Below, in pieces: positions 48,641 through 60,920 of a DNA stretch of 64,000 bases. How positions within the stretch are numbered: position 1 is the stretch's first letter; each line of letters begins with the position of its first letter. Both the position numbers and the translations under genes were made by a program. The notes beneath the pieces were generated by a model. The model was not told where the DNA came from, ran no database searches, and was given only the letters and a program-made list of their open reading frames with translations. Origin of the DNA: Anthoceros angustus (taxonomy: Eukaryota > Plantae > Anthocerotophyta); assembly GCA_010909165.1 (NCBI GenBank), contig VJWM01000280.1, forward strand, positions 1 to 64,000. The letters are read 5' to 3'.

Positions 48641-50479
48641 TGGCAGGCCCATCTTCTACAAGACCACGCAGGGCATGTACGATGCAACAGCCTATGGTTG
48701 CTGCCTGCGATAGGAGGAAGAAGAAGGTGGTCCCAAAAGCAAACAAAAGCAGTGAGGACTTCGTGCGTTCCCCTAGGTATCACTAAGTAGTGAACCACGG
48801 ATACCTTGCGCCCTTTGTAGATGCCGGCCGTAGCATCACCTCAACATGTAGAATGAACTCTCGAAAATGTAACATGTATGGACTTGGTATGTCCAGCCAC
48901 GGATTCATTGCCGCCGAGCTCTATTTTGGCTAATATTACGGCCTTGGCTTGCGTCACCTTTCATTTCGCCATGGCGGATTGCATCAACAAATTGCATCTT
49001 GGGTCATTTGCCTCTCAAGATATCGCAACATACCGATCGGATCGGTGTTACACTTGGGGCAGCTCGGACAAGGCATCGTCAAAGCATCCGATATTTGAGG
49101 ATCCTTTCTTTGCAGCTTGTCTACCTGGGAGTTCGTGCTTGGGGCAAGGACGACCTAAGCTCGGATCTGCCCGGTTTGGCGGATTACGAGCGGATTAGAG
49201 AATGTCTTGGAGGATGTGCTTGCGAAATCGGAGTACAACATGGACCAAGAGAAGGAGAAGCGGCGAGACTAGGTACCCTTGTGCTCTAGAACCCTTGTGC
49301 TCTAGGATTGCCTTCTGCCGTGGCTCATGGATGGAAGGCTGTATTCTGCTGGTGTCGTGCATTGATGCTGTATTTGTTCGTGTGTGAACGGAACAGCGGC
49401 CGAATTGGCCACCAAGGAGGCGGGCCGCAAAGGTGCCGGTGAGAGTGCCTTGTTGGCGGTCCATCCATAGTGCAAGGAAGCCGATTCGGGAGGCGGGGAT
49501 GATGATGAGGAAGCCGTGCGATCGGAGGACCGAGGTCAAGAAACATGGGCATATTGAAGATGGCTTGTCGATTCTCCTTTCTTGTCCCCAAGTTAGAGCA
49601 AGTTCACGATGTTGATGAGCTTTCATCGATTAGGAACTGCGTGTTACGCCACTTCTGTTGAAGGTAACAAGGTTGGGCTAAATGCCAAGGTGGCATCTGC
49701 GGCACCTTGACACCGACCTCAGCTTGGCTATCGGAGAAGGTGGTCTTTGGGGAGAAGCTAGAGGTGGTGGATGAGGAGGAGCAGTTGAGATTGCACCGGT
49801 GACGCCGATTTTCCTCGATCTTGATGGCCTCCCTTTACCTCATTGGCCGAAGAGGTGGAGCCAATCCGATGCATCTATCTCTTTGGGAAGGTGGATCATC
49901 TCCCCAGCGACTTGGAAATCTGTGTCATATACGACCGTGATGGTTGGAATGAAGTTGAGTCGCCTGTGCTTCGCGGTTACATTTGGTCGTAAATATCGAT
50001 TGCTACGGTGTCGTGCGGAACATTCAGCGATGCGTTTATGCCATTCTGCTCCAGCGTCTTCCACCGCGAGCTAGCGCTCAAGTCTTGCACAATCGGACGG
50101 GGAATCAGGTTGTGGCTTGATTGCCAAGTTGCAGTTATCTTCTCTTCTTTTTTTACTTCTTCTGAGGAGTAGTTTGTAGTTTGGTCACTTGACTCTTGGA
50201 GCCCGTCCTGTCTTTGTAGGGTGGCGGTGGCGTGAAAGATGAGATTGCTCAAAAGCTGCTGGATCTTAACGTGGCGAAGTTCACCATGGTTCCCGTGAAG
50301 GTAGAATGCACTGCGCCTTTTGTGTAGCGTGTGTGACTTGTCATAGCAATTGCTGAGCGGTGTTTTCTTCTTTTTTGCATTGAGAAGGCGTTTGAGCGAC
50401 CCGGATGTGACAAGTGGGAGCACTACTTCATAAAGCTAAGCTACCCTTTCAAGGTTTGTGAAGCGTTGCCTTTTACACA

Positions 50480-51108
50480 ATTACTTGCAATGGTCGAGGT
50501 TACAAGAAGGGCATTTGGCGTTATACGAGTCACACATCGTGATGTGATCGATCCTTCGGCACATTTGAAGGTCGACATTTTACGGCTTCTTTGGGACACA
50601 AACCCGAGTTCAAGCTCTGGATAATGTGTTCACTTTTCAACATAATGTGTGTTCACGATTGGAGGATGTAAGTGATCTTTGTGGACCCGGTGGGGTTTTT
50701 GTATGCGTGCATGTGGACTTTGGTCTTGGAGCCAGTGCTTGTGTAAGCGATTTCAAGTTTTCACACGGTGATGTAGTGGAAGCTCAGAGGTCACAACAGG
50801 TCTTTCGAAGTTGGGGATGATGAGCTACATGACCTTGTTCTACTGGAGTAAGATCATATTGTTCATGCATTCCAGTAATTACCAAAACTCCAATATCCTC
50901 GATCGCGAGTATTGTTTGGTTCTAGGCGATCAAGCTGTCGGTGTGAAGGACATTGTATGAGTGCGTGATGGTCTCTGCAAGGTACTTCTTCATCTAGTAC
51001 AAGCTGTGAATGTTCAATTCTGGTAGACGTCAGTCGGTAGTCTTGGTGTAGCTGATGCAACTGATGTACAAGGTAGACAGAGCCGGTGGAGCACGTAAAC
51101 CGCAGCAT
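50480..51108 (-). pseudogene. Probable L1-type LINE ORF1 remnant
   Basis: Stitched frames: RGYWSFGN...MILLQ...PNF..P...LPLHH...TRVCV...(C)FKCRRIDHITMC, resembling DUF4283 plus a zinc knuckle. Confidence 0.4.
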
Positions 51109-52399
51109 CCTATTTATATATGACCGTCACCACTTGGAGAATGGTGGCTTTTTGTGTGCGATCACAAGTGTGTGTTGCACTTGGTGGTATAAGTGGGAAT
51201 GAGCAGGTGGTAAGCCCTTTGTTATGTGTGTTCAGCATGCGGAGGCTGTCGGGCAAACAGTATTGGTAGTCTGTATGGACCTTAATTCTTTACATTGAAG
51301 TTTTGGTTTGACGACGGTGGTTGGAATTGATAGGCATTGGGATTATATGTGCATGCAATTCAACGTGTCTGCAACTTTGGAAGTTCTTGGGCTATCTTGC
51401 AGAGGCGGTTACATCAAGCTTCAGCAACCTAAATCCTCCATCTCGGTACCTTCCTCAAAGTGTTAGGTTTGGTGCCTTCTGCAGGCACCGTGATGTTCTG
51501 GGTTTCGTAGGTAGACCAACGTTGCTGAGATAAAATTGACTGCAGGGTTTGGAGGAGGTTATGGGGCCACGCCCTAAGAGATGAGGGGCTACTTGGGAGG
51601 ACAGTCAAAATAAGATTGGGGCGGTCCAAAGGTTACCGAGGCCGTGTAAAGGATGTACAAACACCACTGTTCGATTTGACCTAGAGTCTCAAATGGAGGA
51701 GGGTACAGTTATGCCTTGTGTCCTCCGTGTGTGTTTGTCCAAACAATTGTTCACAACTCTGAACTGCCCGGTGCTGTCTATCTAGGATGTTGTGTCTGAG
51801 CCTGCATCTGATCGTGTGGCAGTGCGGAGAGATCAACTCTCAGACATTGGTGACACGCCGATGGCTTGGAGCTCCTTCAGGTCTGTGCTCATGACAGACT
51901 CAAGTAAGCTTGTTAGAAGCGTATTTATAAACCCTCTGCCATTTCCTTGCAGGGAATCCTGTAGATATGGACTTGGTGGTGAAATACCTACGCACCCTTC
52001 CAGAACTCCCATGCACCCAGGCTCCTTCATGACTCTCCCATGCGGGATCCATCAGGTGAGTGTGATGATCAATCTCAATCTCGTTGTGTTGACATAGCCT
52101 TGCCTTTGTATGATCATGGTCTGATATTCTTTTTCTCGCAGCAACCCCATTCATGAGGGTATGCGGACGCCAATGCGGGATAGAGCTTGGAACCTGAGTA
52201 GAGCCCTGCTGCCCCAAAATGGACTCGAACAGCTAGGATGGCCTGGAACGCCACCAATACCCCATCGAAACGCACCACCGATTTCCTCAGCTTCATAAAG
52301 TCTCAGCCCAGCAGACCCAGTGGGGGGCTTGATTGCAGCATGCACACCAAGGGTTCAGAGAAGCTCTTGGGCTTTCCAGATGTATGCAACTGGAGGCCA

Positions 52400-53040
52400 T
52401 TTCGTTGAGGAGCTGTCCTGGAGGATGCCTGCTGATAGTTTCACGTTTGTTTGCCTCCTGAATGCATGCTGGCTTGGGTGACCTACAGGGGAGGGAGCCC
52501 CATTTTCAGCAACAAGAAATAGGTCTAGAAGCTGATTTGGTTGTTGGTACCAGTGTGGTGGGCATGTGCAGAATGTGGTAGCTTAGAGGATTGTTGCAGG
52601 TGTTGGACAGACTGCCAGAAACTAGTTTGGTGACGTGGAATACCATGATCATAGGATTTGTTCAGCCAGGGCTTGGTGAAGAAGCTTGGACTCTTTATGC
52701 ACGCTTCCTGTGGCATGCAGACACGCTGGACTGGTGGATGAGGGTCAGCAGTATTTTGAACGCATGGTGCAGGAGCATGGCGGGATCTCATCTGGGGTTT
52801 ATCACTGCGCTTGCATGGATAACATCCTTGGGCGAGCCAGGGCGTCTGGATGAGGCAGGGAAGTTGTTGTACTCCATGCCCTTTGAGAATGATGTTGTGA
52901 GGTGGAAAGCCTTGCTGAATGCGTGCAAAAGCCATGGAGATCCTGAGCGTGAGGGTCGATGCTTTGAGCAACTTATAAAACTTGAACCTAAAATGCGTGC
53001 ATATATGCTGGAAATGTGTACAGAGATCTGGCATGTGGAG
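52400..53040 (+). pseudogene. Captured fragment of a PLS/E-class PPR gene
   Basis: PADSFTFVCLLNAC, GLEADLVVGTSVVGM...CGSLED, VLDRLPETSLVTWNTMIIGFVQPGLGEEA, LGEPGRLDEAGKLLYSMPFENDVVRWKALLNACKSHGD...LIKLEP. Internal motifs are missing. Confidence 0.85.
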
Positions 53041-53384
53041 GATGTAGAGGGCTATTTTGCACCTCACCTATTTTGCTCTCGCATCATCGAGCGAAGGGAC
53101 TAGATATTGTATGGCGTGGCGGAGTATGTTATCCAAGGAGATCGGAAATTTACATCTTGGCGAGATACTGGAGGGTGAGTCTCTCATCTGGGCCTTCCCT
53201 TCACTCCATATTTGATGTGTCACCCAGTGTTGTTGGCGTTGCCATTCATCATGAGTCATCTCACCGCCCAACCCCTTCCGTGTGCTTGGCTAGACTTTTC
53301 CTGTCCATTGTGTGGCCTAAATTTCATCTGGATTCTTCCTCCTAACGGTGACTTATAGTTCTCCCCACAGCGAACTTGCGGTGT

Positions 53385-55575
53385 GGATTCTCGATTCTTG
53401 GGCGTGTTGTCGGGGTGATGGTACAGTGTTGGAGATCACGAAGATTTATATTCTGATGTTTCGAGCAACCTCGGTCTCACAAGGATACTACAAGCTTGAC
53501 CATGCATGCGACTTACATTTGTGTTTCTTGTAGCGGCTTGCATGCACCTCCGCTGGATGTTAGAATGCCATTTATTACATTCTAGAACTTTGCAAAGAGT
53601 GTTGGTCAATGTTCTCATCGGTCACCTCTACCCACTACAATATGGGTAGAAAACTCACTCTGATTGGCCCCGGAACTTTCTGGTGAGGCTTATCTATTTT
53701 GCCTCCTCACTGTAGGTCATGTGCTTTTGTTTTGCAAATATGTCGTGGCTTCTTGCTAACTCCCAAGATGCCAAACAGTGCTACCAAACATGGCTTCTAT
53801 ATCATATATAATTGCTACGCACAATGTTTGTGGAGTTGTTGAAAGTATTCTCCACAGTGTTGAAAGCAAGGTTGGTGTTTGTAGTGATAAGTCAAGAAGG
53901 TGGATGGTGCGGATGTTACATTGCCGTCTACGTGTGGAAATCGTGATTTCGCATTCTAACTGATGATCTTTTGGGTCCTGCCAACATTACATCCAACTCA
54001 CCCATGGACTGTGTTGAAGCCTTGAGTCAAACAAAGAAGGTTGATGACAAGGGATTGTTTTGTTTCGAGGTAGGTGGCCCTCCATGGTCTAGTATGTAAT
54101 CATGTATGTTCATGCTTCTTATGTCTTTTCTCCTCATGCAGGTTCCTCAAGGAGAGTATAGGCTTTCTTTTCTTTGGATGGAGAGGAAAGAGCTATGGGT
54201 GTCTTTTTTGCCACTGTCTTGGATGTGTCATCAATGCACCGATTGAATATTTTGTTCACAGTATAAGTGATCGAAGATCTTGCGTTATGTCTTATTTTGT
54301 CCATATCTTGCGTTTAGGGTTCATCAGTTTTGTCGTTGATAGGCCCAAGTAAGCATCTCAGCCTGTGAAGTGCAAGTGAATCTGACGTGTGGTATGTCTC
54401 TTACTCCTTCAGAAGACACATTCTTGGAAGCAGAACCTAGACTATCATTTGTGGACCTCGGTGGTTTTATATTTGACTGGATTCTCGATTCTTGGGCGTG
54501 TTGTCGGGGGGTGATGGTACAGTGTTGGAGATGAAGATTTATTCTTGATGTTTCGAGCAACCTCGGTCTCACAAGGATACTACAAGCTTGACCATGCATG
54601 CGCCTTGTGTTTCTTGTAGCTTGCATGCACCTCCTATCGGATGTTAGAATGCCATTTATTACATTCTAGAACTTTAGCAAAGAGTGTTGGTCAATGTTCT
54701 CATCAGTCACCCACTACACAATATGGAGAAAACTCACTCTGATTCGGCCCCTTGCAGAACTTTCGGTGAGGCTTATCTATTTTGCCTCCTCACCTTAGGT
54801 CATGTGCTTTTGTTTTGCAAATATGTCGTGGCTTCTTGCTAACTCCCAAGATGCCAACAGTGCTACCAAACATGGCTTCTATATCATATATAATTGCTAC
54901 GCTACAATGTTTGTGGAGTTGTTGAAAGTATTCTCCCGGTGTTGAAAGCAAGGTTGGTGTTTGTAGTGATAAGTCAAGAAGGTGGATGGTGCGGATGTTA
55001 CTGTTGCCGTCTCTGTGGAAATCGAGATTTGCGCATTCTAACTGTTGATCTTTTGGGTCCTGCCAACATTACATCCAACTCACCCATGGACTGTGTTGAA
55101 GCCTTGAGTCAAACAAAGAAGGTTGATGACAAGGGATTGTTTTGTTTCGAGGTAGGTGGCCCTCCATGGTCTAGTATGTAATCATGTATGTTCATGCTTC
55201 TTATGTCTTTTCTCACATCTGTAGCAGGTTCCTCAAGGAGAGTATAGGCTTCTGTTTCTTTGGATGGAGAGGAAAGAGCTATGGTGTGTCTTTTTTTGCC
55301 ACTGTCTTGGATGTGTCTCAATGCACCGATTCTGAATATTTTGTTCACACAGTATTAAGTGCGATCAAGATCTTGCGTTATGTCTTATTTTGTCCATATC
55401 TTTGCAGTTTAGGGTTCATCAGATTTTGTCGTTGATAGGCCCAAGTAAGCATCTCTGGCAGAAGTGCAAGGCTGGATGCAGCACGTGTGGGCTGTCTCTT
55501 ACTCCTTCAAAGACACATTCTTCAGAACCAGCTAGACTATCATTTGTGGACAGACTGGTGGTTTTATATTTGACG
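53385..55575. repeat. ~1.1 kb tandem duplication inside the CACTA element
   Basis: ATTCTCGATTCTTGGGCGTGTTGTCGGGG at ~53387 and 54481; the two copies are colinear to ...GGTTTTATATTTGAC. Confidence 0.92.
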
Positions 55576-55650
55576 GATTATTTCTGGAAAATGCATTCTT
55601 GAGGTACATTTCTTGTTGGAAAATGCATACTTGAGGTACATTTCTTGTTT
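55576..55650. repeat. ~39-bp tandem duplication
   Basis: GGAAAATGCAT.CTTGAGGTACATTTCTTGTT twice. Confidence 0.8.
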
Positions 55651-55865
55651 CTTGATCAATACAAGTGCTAAGGGATATCTTGAAGGCTCATACCGCAAAT
55701 CTGAGTTCATGGTAGGAGGGAGAGGTTGCACATTGGTGACTTCGGTCTAAATATAAGAAGCACCAAGTCCCTACATACCTCCATGGAATTTCGAATTGAG
55801 TGACCTTTAAGGTGTGGCAACATTCGACAAGAAAGTCGAGTTCGATTGTTTCTTTTATTTTGTGT

Positions 55866-56087
55866 CCGAGGTGTTGAGGCGAGATTATTATACTATCACT
55901 TCTCGCCTGGATATGTTCACACTATTGAGGAGCGGTTTGATCACTTTGGATATGGCGGAGTCCTTGATGATTTGGCCCGAGGTGTTGAGGCGAGATTATT
56001 ATACTATCACTTCTCGCCTGTCGATATGTTCATACTATTGAGGCGGTTTGATCACTTTGGATATGGCGGAGTCCTTGATGACTTGGC
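55866..56087. repeat. ~110-bp tandem repeat x2
   Basis: CCGAGGTGTTGAGGCGAGATTATTATACTATCACTTCTCGCCTG...GTCCTTGATGA.TTGG twice. Confidence 0.88.
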
Positions 56088-56224
56088 TGAGATAATTAAA
56101 AAGTGGAATTGACCTGGAGCATCCTGTTATGATCCCATTTTTAGTAAAGTATTTTTATTGAGTAATTATTGTTTTATTATCCAAATGGGGAATAATAAAG
56201 CGGGGAATGGAAGCGATGCATCTG

Positions 56225-56350
56225 AGCAGCGGGCAGGAGCAGTGAAGCAGGAGCAGCGGGCGAAGCAGCGGGCGAAGCAGCGGGCGAGAGCAGCGGGCGA
56301 GCAGCGGGCGAGCAGCGGGCGAAGCAGCGGGCGAAGCAGCGGGCGAGCGT
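56225..56350. repeat. (GCAGCGGGCGA) subterminal minisatellite
   Basis: About 8 near-tandem GCAGCGGGCGA units with 1-3 nt spacers. Confidence 0.9.
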
Positions 56351-57086
56351 TGGGCGATAATGATGAAGCAGGGGCGGTGGGCAGGGGCGACCAGCGTAGC
56401 AGTGAAGCAGGAGCAGTGAAGCAGGAGCGAGGTTAGGGGTATGGGTTAAAGATGAGTTAGGAAAAACAACGGTTCCTAAATAGCAAAAGCGAAAACAACG
56501 GCGTTTAGTTATTTTCAGCTAGGTTCGGGTGGCCGTTGTTTTTTCAACTTTTCCGTTGTTTTTTACAAACATGCGTTGTTTTTACACGTTGTTTTGGATC
56601 CTCAAATGTAGTAGTGATTCCTGAGCTCTTCCAAACAAAAATTCCCACTTTGCAAAAACCATGCCGGTACTATAACGGATGCATGCGGACGCAAAATCTG
56701 GTAAGTGCTCTTGAGCGTACTCACCGCCACATTACATGCGTCGGCAATGCTCTTGAGCGAGCTGCAGTTCCCTCGAGATCTTCTGACCATGTATATAACT
56801 CCGGTGACCGTGGAATGCGATGCGGATGTATGGATGGGCGCGGGTCGGATGCATAGGATTCAAACATTGACGATTAATGGAGGAGTCTCGGTCACGGCTA
56901 TGTCGACTATGTGCGACATACTCCTCACATCATTCTTGGCACCCGGGACAAACATTTGACCCCTTGCTTCAAAGCATAACAAATTTGGCCGTCATAATGC
57001 ACGATCTATTGATACATTTAATTTTACGTAGTGAGAAAAAGTCACCGACCATGCGCATGCTAGTATGTGAGCACAGCACACTTGAG

Positions 57087-58056
57087 CTATTTGATTGAAG
57101 GCAAGTTCACAGCATAATCTAAGGCTCAATTCACGAGCTCTTCCAAACAAAAATTCCCACTTTGCAAAAACCATGCCGGTACTATAACGGATGCATGCGG
57201 ACGCAAAATCGGTAAGTGCTCTTGGCGTACTCACCGCCACATTACATGCGTCGGCAATGCTCTTGAGCGAGCTGCAGTTCCCTCGAGATCTTCTGACCAT
57301 GTATATAACTCCGGTGACCGTGGGGAGCTTGGATATCAATTTTTGTTTTCCGAGGGCACTCACGGCTTGAAAGACAGCTCGCACTTTCCTTGCGCATTTC
57401 GAGCACAGAACAAAGCAGTCTTGCAAAATCCTTGGGCGGATAGCTTTGGGCCGGATTTCCTCGGGTCTTGTGGCTCGTCATGCACGGCCCTCATTTCTAG
57501 GAGGTCCACCAACTTCCCAACAACCCCTGGTCAAGGCTATAGCTGCAGTACCCAAAGCCTCGTAGATTTCTTGCATTGACCGAGGAGTCCTTTCTTCTTT
57601 ACAAGCCACGTACATAGCAGCCACATACGTCTCTTCACAACTCCCTTTTCTCAAGACCCTCGCCTTCTTGTACAAGGAACTTGCCAATACTGCGTGTTGT
57701 GCACAATTCTCATTCTTTCTGCGAGCTCGAAATCCTATCAAAGCGGATATCAGTGCCGTCATGAGTGGGAACCCGTGCATTCGTGTTCGCGGTGTGGATG
57801 CAACCCATTTTTCCTTTCAGAAAGTGGATGCAAGTGGTTAGGCCAAGATGGTCGAGCAAGTCATCCGTGTCGTGGGGCGTCCCACACGCTCCTTCTCCTC
57901 GTGCTCGGTGTCATTATCGAACTTCCTATATTCCAAGGTTTCGTCGATACGACGTTCTTCTAACACTAGACCGCACCCTGTGCAAATGCTGTCTCCAGAC
58001 CTGCTGTCCTCATAAATCTCTGTCTTTATCTTGCACTCTAGACATTTCAGCTCCAT
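57087..58056 (-). CDS. TFIIB: TFIIB-like gene copy
   Basis: ORF 57838-58056 MELKCLECKIKTEIYEDSRSGDSICTGCGLVLEERRIDETLEYRKFDNDTEHEEKERVGRP plus downstream cyclin-fold blocks. Confidence 0.9.
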
Positions 58057-60920
58057 ATTCTCGGCTGTCCTGAGATAATTAAAAAAGTGGAATGTGTAGC
58101 CTTGAAATCGTTAACCCACGAGGGCTTTGGACAATGAGTGACTAAGCACAATGATTGTTTTTCAAACAAGAAAGGATTCCATGTGACCTTGAACCTTGAC
58201 ACCTTACGAGGGCTTGTCCAATGTTTATGAATATATGTAAGTCGCATCCTCATTTATATACCCAAGTTTTCCTTGGCCCTTGGGAATCTTACGTGGAATT
58301 TTGCATCCCGAAACCCCTAATTACCATGGGCCAAGGAACAATCATCCTTGGATTTCGTCATCCCTTTTTTCCCCTTAAATTCGCCCCACTTCCTTCGAGG
58401 TTGATTCCGTCCTTGGACTTTGGCCTCACAAATTTTTCCACAAAGTTCTTCTTTCTCGAGCCGGACGCCAAGAGTCCGCTAGCCTACTTGCGCCCTCGGG
58501 ACGCCGGAGTCTGCCGTCCTATTGGCGCACTCCGGCACACCCGCAAGGCCAAGATGCACGGAGTCCGGCCGGCCTACCCGCACGATCGAGCCTCCCACTC
58601 CCCAATGCGACGTTCTCTCGGCCCACGGTTTAGGGTTATCGGGCCTACCACTCCCGAGTCGCCGTCCTTTCGGCCCTCCGTGAGACTTCTCACCGGTGAG
58701 TGCACGATGGCGGTCGTGCAATCCCGACCAGAATCGGTGAAGCTTGAGAAACCGTTTTAATTTTTGAAAGTGTTTCGTAGAAAGGGCCTATGTAAATTAG
58801 CCTACTTGTACCAAATATCAAAGGCTATCGCGGTCAAGCTATGTTGGAGCTTGAAATGACAACTTGCATGCAGAGAAGGAAAATCAAGTCAACCAAGAAC
58901 AACCTTTAGACTAAACCACATCCTTGTAGAGGCGGTGAAAACCAAGCGTGGGATGAAAACAATCACTACTATTCAAGTTTTGAAAAGGGTGGAGACCCCA
59001 TTAAAAGCGTTGAGCGTTTTTAGAGGACTTAACTTTCTCTCAAGGAGAAGCTCTTTTGCCCACCAAAATTTTCAAACCTCCTAGGAGCAAAGATTTGCAT
59101 AGTACTAAATTGCAATCAAGAATGTAGGTCGCTAGAATGAAGGTGGCGATAGTCTAAAATCTTATGTGAAACGAGTCATGTCCATGCACACGATGTTTGA
59201 TTTAACGTAAGCAAAAATCTTGTCACTAAAGGACGTGGACGACGAAGGTCTTTTTCAATCCATGAAGTCCATCGGCAAACCTTTAACTTTGCATGGTCGA
59301 GTGTGCATGAGTGTAAGTGTTGGGAATGCGTGTTGACGATGCCGACCGTGGAATGCGATGCGGATGTATGGATGGGCGGGTCGGATGCATAGGATTCAAA
59401 CATTGACGATTAATGGAGGAGTCTCGGTCACGGCAGCTATGTCGACTATGTGCGACGCGACATACTCCTCACATCATTCTTGGCACCCGGGACAAACATT
59501 TGACCCCTTGCTTGACAAGCATAACAAATTGGCCGTCATAATGCACACGTCTATTGATACATTTAATTTTACGTAGTGAGAAAAAGTCACCGACCATGCG
59601 CATGCTAGTATGTGAGCACAAGCACAGTGAGCTATTTGATTGAAGGCAAGTTCACAACAAGATAATCTAAGGCTCAATTCTGAGCTCTTCCAAACAAAAA
59701 TTCCCACTTTGCAAAAACCATGCCGGTACTATAACGGATGCATGCGGACGCAAAAATCTTGTCACTAAAGGGCGTGGACGGCGAAGGTCTTTTTCAATCC
59801 ATGAAGTCCATCGGCAAACCTTTAACTTTGCATGGTCGGGAGTGTGCATGAGTGTAAGTGTTGGGAATGCGTGTTGGCGATCTTGGCCGTGGAATGCGAT
59901 GCGGATGTATGGATGGGCGGGTCGGATGCATAGGATTCAAACATTGAGTTAATGGAGGAGTCTCGGTCACGGCAGCTATGTCGACTATGTGCGACGCGAC
60001 ATACTCCTCACATCATTCTTGGCACCGGGACAAACATTTGACCCCTTGCTTGACAAGCATAACAAATTTGGCCGTCATAATGCACAGTCTATTGATACAT
60101 TTAATTTTACGTAGTGAGAAAAAGTCACGACCATCTTTGCATGCTAGTATGTGAGCACAAGCACAGTGAGCTATTTGATTGAAGGCAAGTTCACGGTAGC
60201 ATAATCTAAGGCTCAATTCGAGCTCTTCCAAACAAAAATTCCCACTTTGCAAAAACCATGCCGGTACTATAACGGATGCATGCGGACGCAAAAATCGGTA
60301 AGTGCTCTTGAGCGTTTTTAGAGGACTTAACTTTCTCAAGGAGAAGCTCTTTTGCCCACCAAAATTTTCAAACCTCCTAGGAGCAAAGATTTGCATAGTA
60401 CTAAATTGCAATCAAGAATGTAGGTCGCTAGAATGAAGGTGGCGATAGTCTAAAATCTTATGTGAAACGAGTCATGTCCATGCACACGATGTTTGATTTA
60501 ACGTAAGCAAAAATCTTGTCACTAAAGGACGTGGACGAAGGTCTTTTTCAATCCATGAAGTCCATCGGCAAACCTTTAACTTTGCATGGTCGGGAGTGTG
60601 CATGAGTGTAAGTGTTGGGAATGCGTGTTGGATGCCGACCGTGGAATGCGATGCGGATGTATGGATGGGCGGGTCGGATGCATAGGATTCAAACATTGAC
60701 GATTAATGGAGGAGTCTCGGTCACGGCTATGTCGACTATGTGCGACGCGACATACTCCTCACATCATTCTTGGCACCGGGACAAACATTTGACCCCTTGC
60801 TTGACAAGCATAACAAATTGGCGTCATAATGCACACAGTCTATTGATACATTGAATTTTACGTAGTGAGAAAAAGTCACCGACCATGCGCATGCTAGTAT
60901 GTGAGCACAAGCACAGTGAG

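Larger units (their letters stand above)
42646..56616 (-). mobile_element. CACTA (En/Spm) DNA transposon, ~14 kb
   Basis: Perfect 30-bp TIR CACTACTACATTTGAGGATCCAAAACAACG (42646-42675 and 56587-56616), 3-bp TSD ATT (42643-42645 and 56617-56619), subterminal repeats and a transposase. The empty site CTCAATTCGAGCTC is seen in other units. Confidence 0.97.

Noticed and set aside
52100-52350. Hydrophobic minus-strand ORF (FDGVLVAFQAILAVRVHFGAAGLY...) as a membrane-protein fragment
   Set aside because: Too short, with no family recognised.
53385-55575. Possible LINE ORF2 C-terminal (zf-RVT-like PYC...ENID.H..C) remnant in the 1.1 kb duplication
   Set aside because: Needs several frameshifts and I found no convincing RT motifs; annotated only as a repeat.
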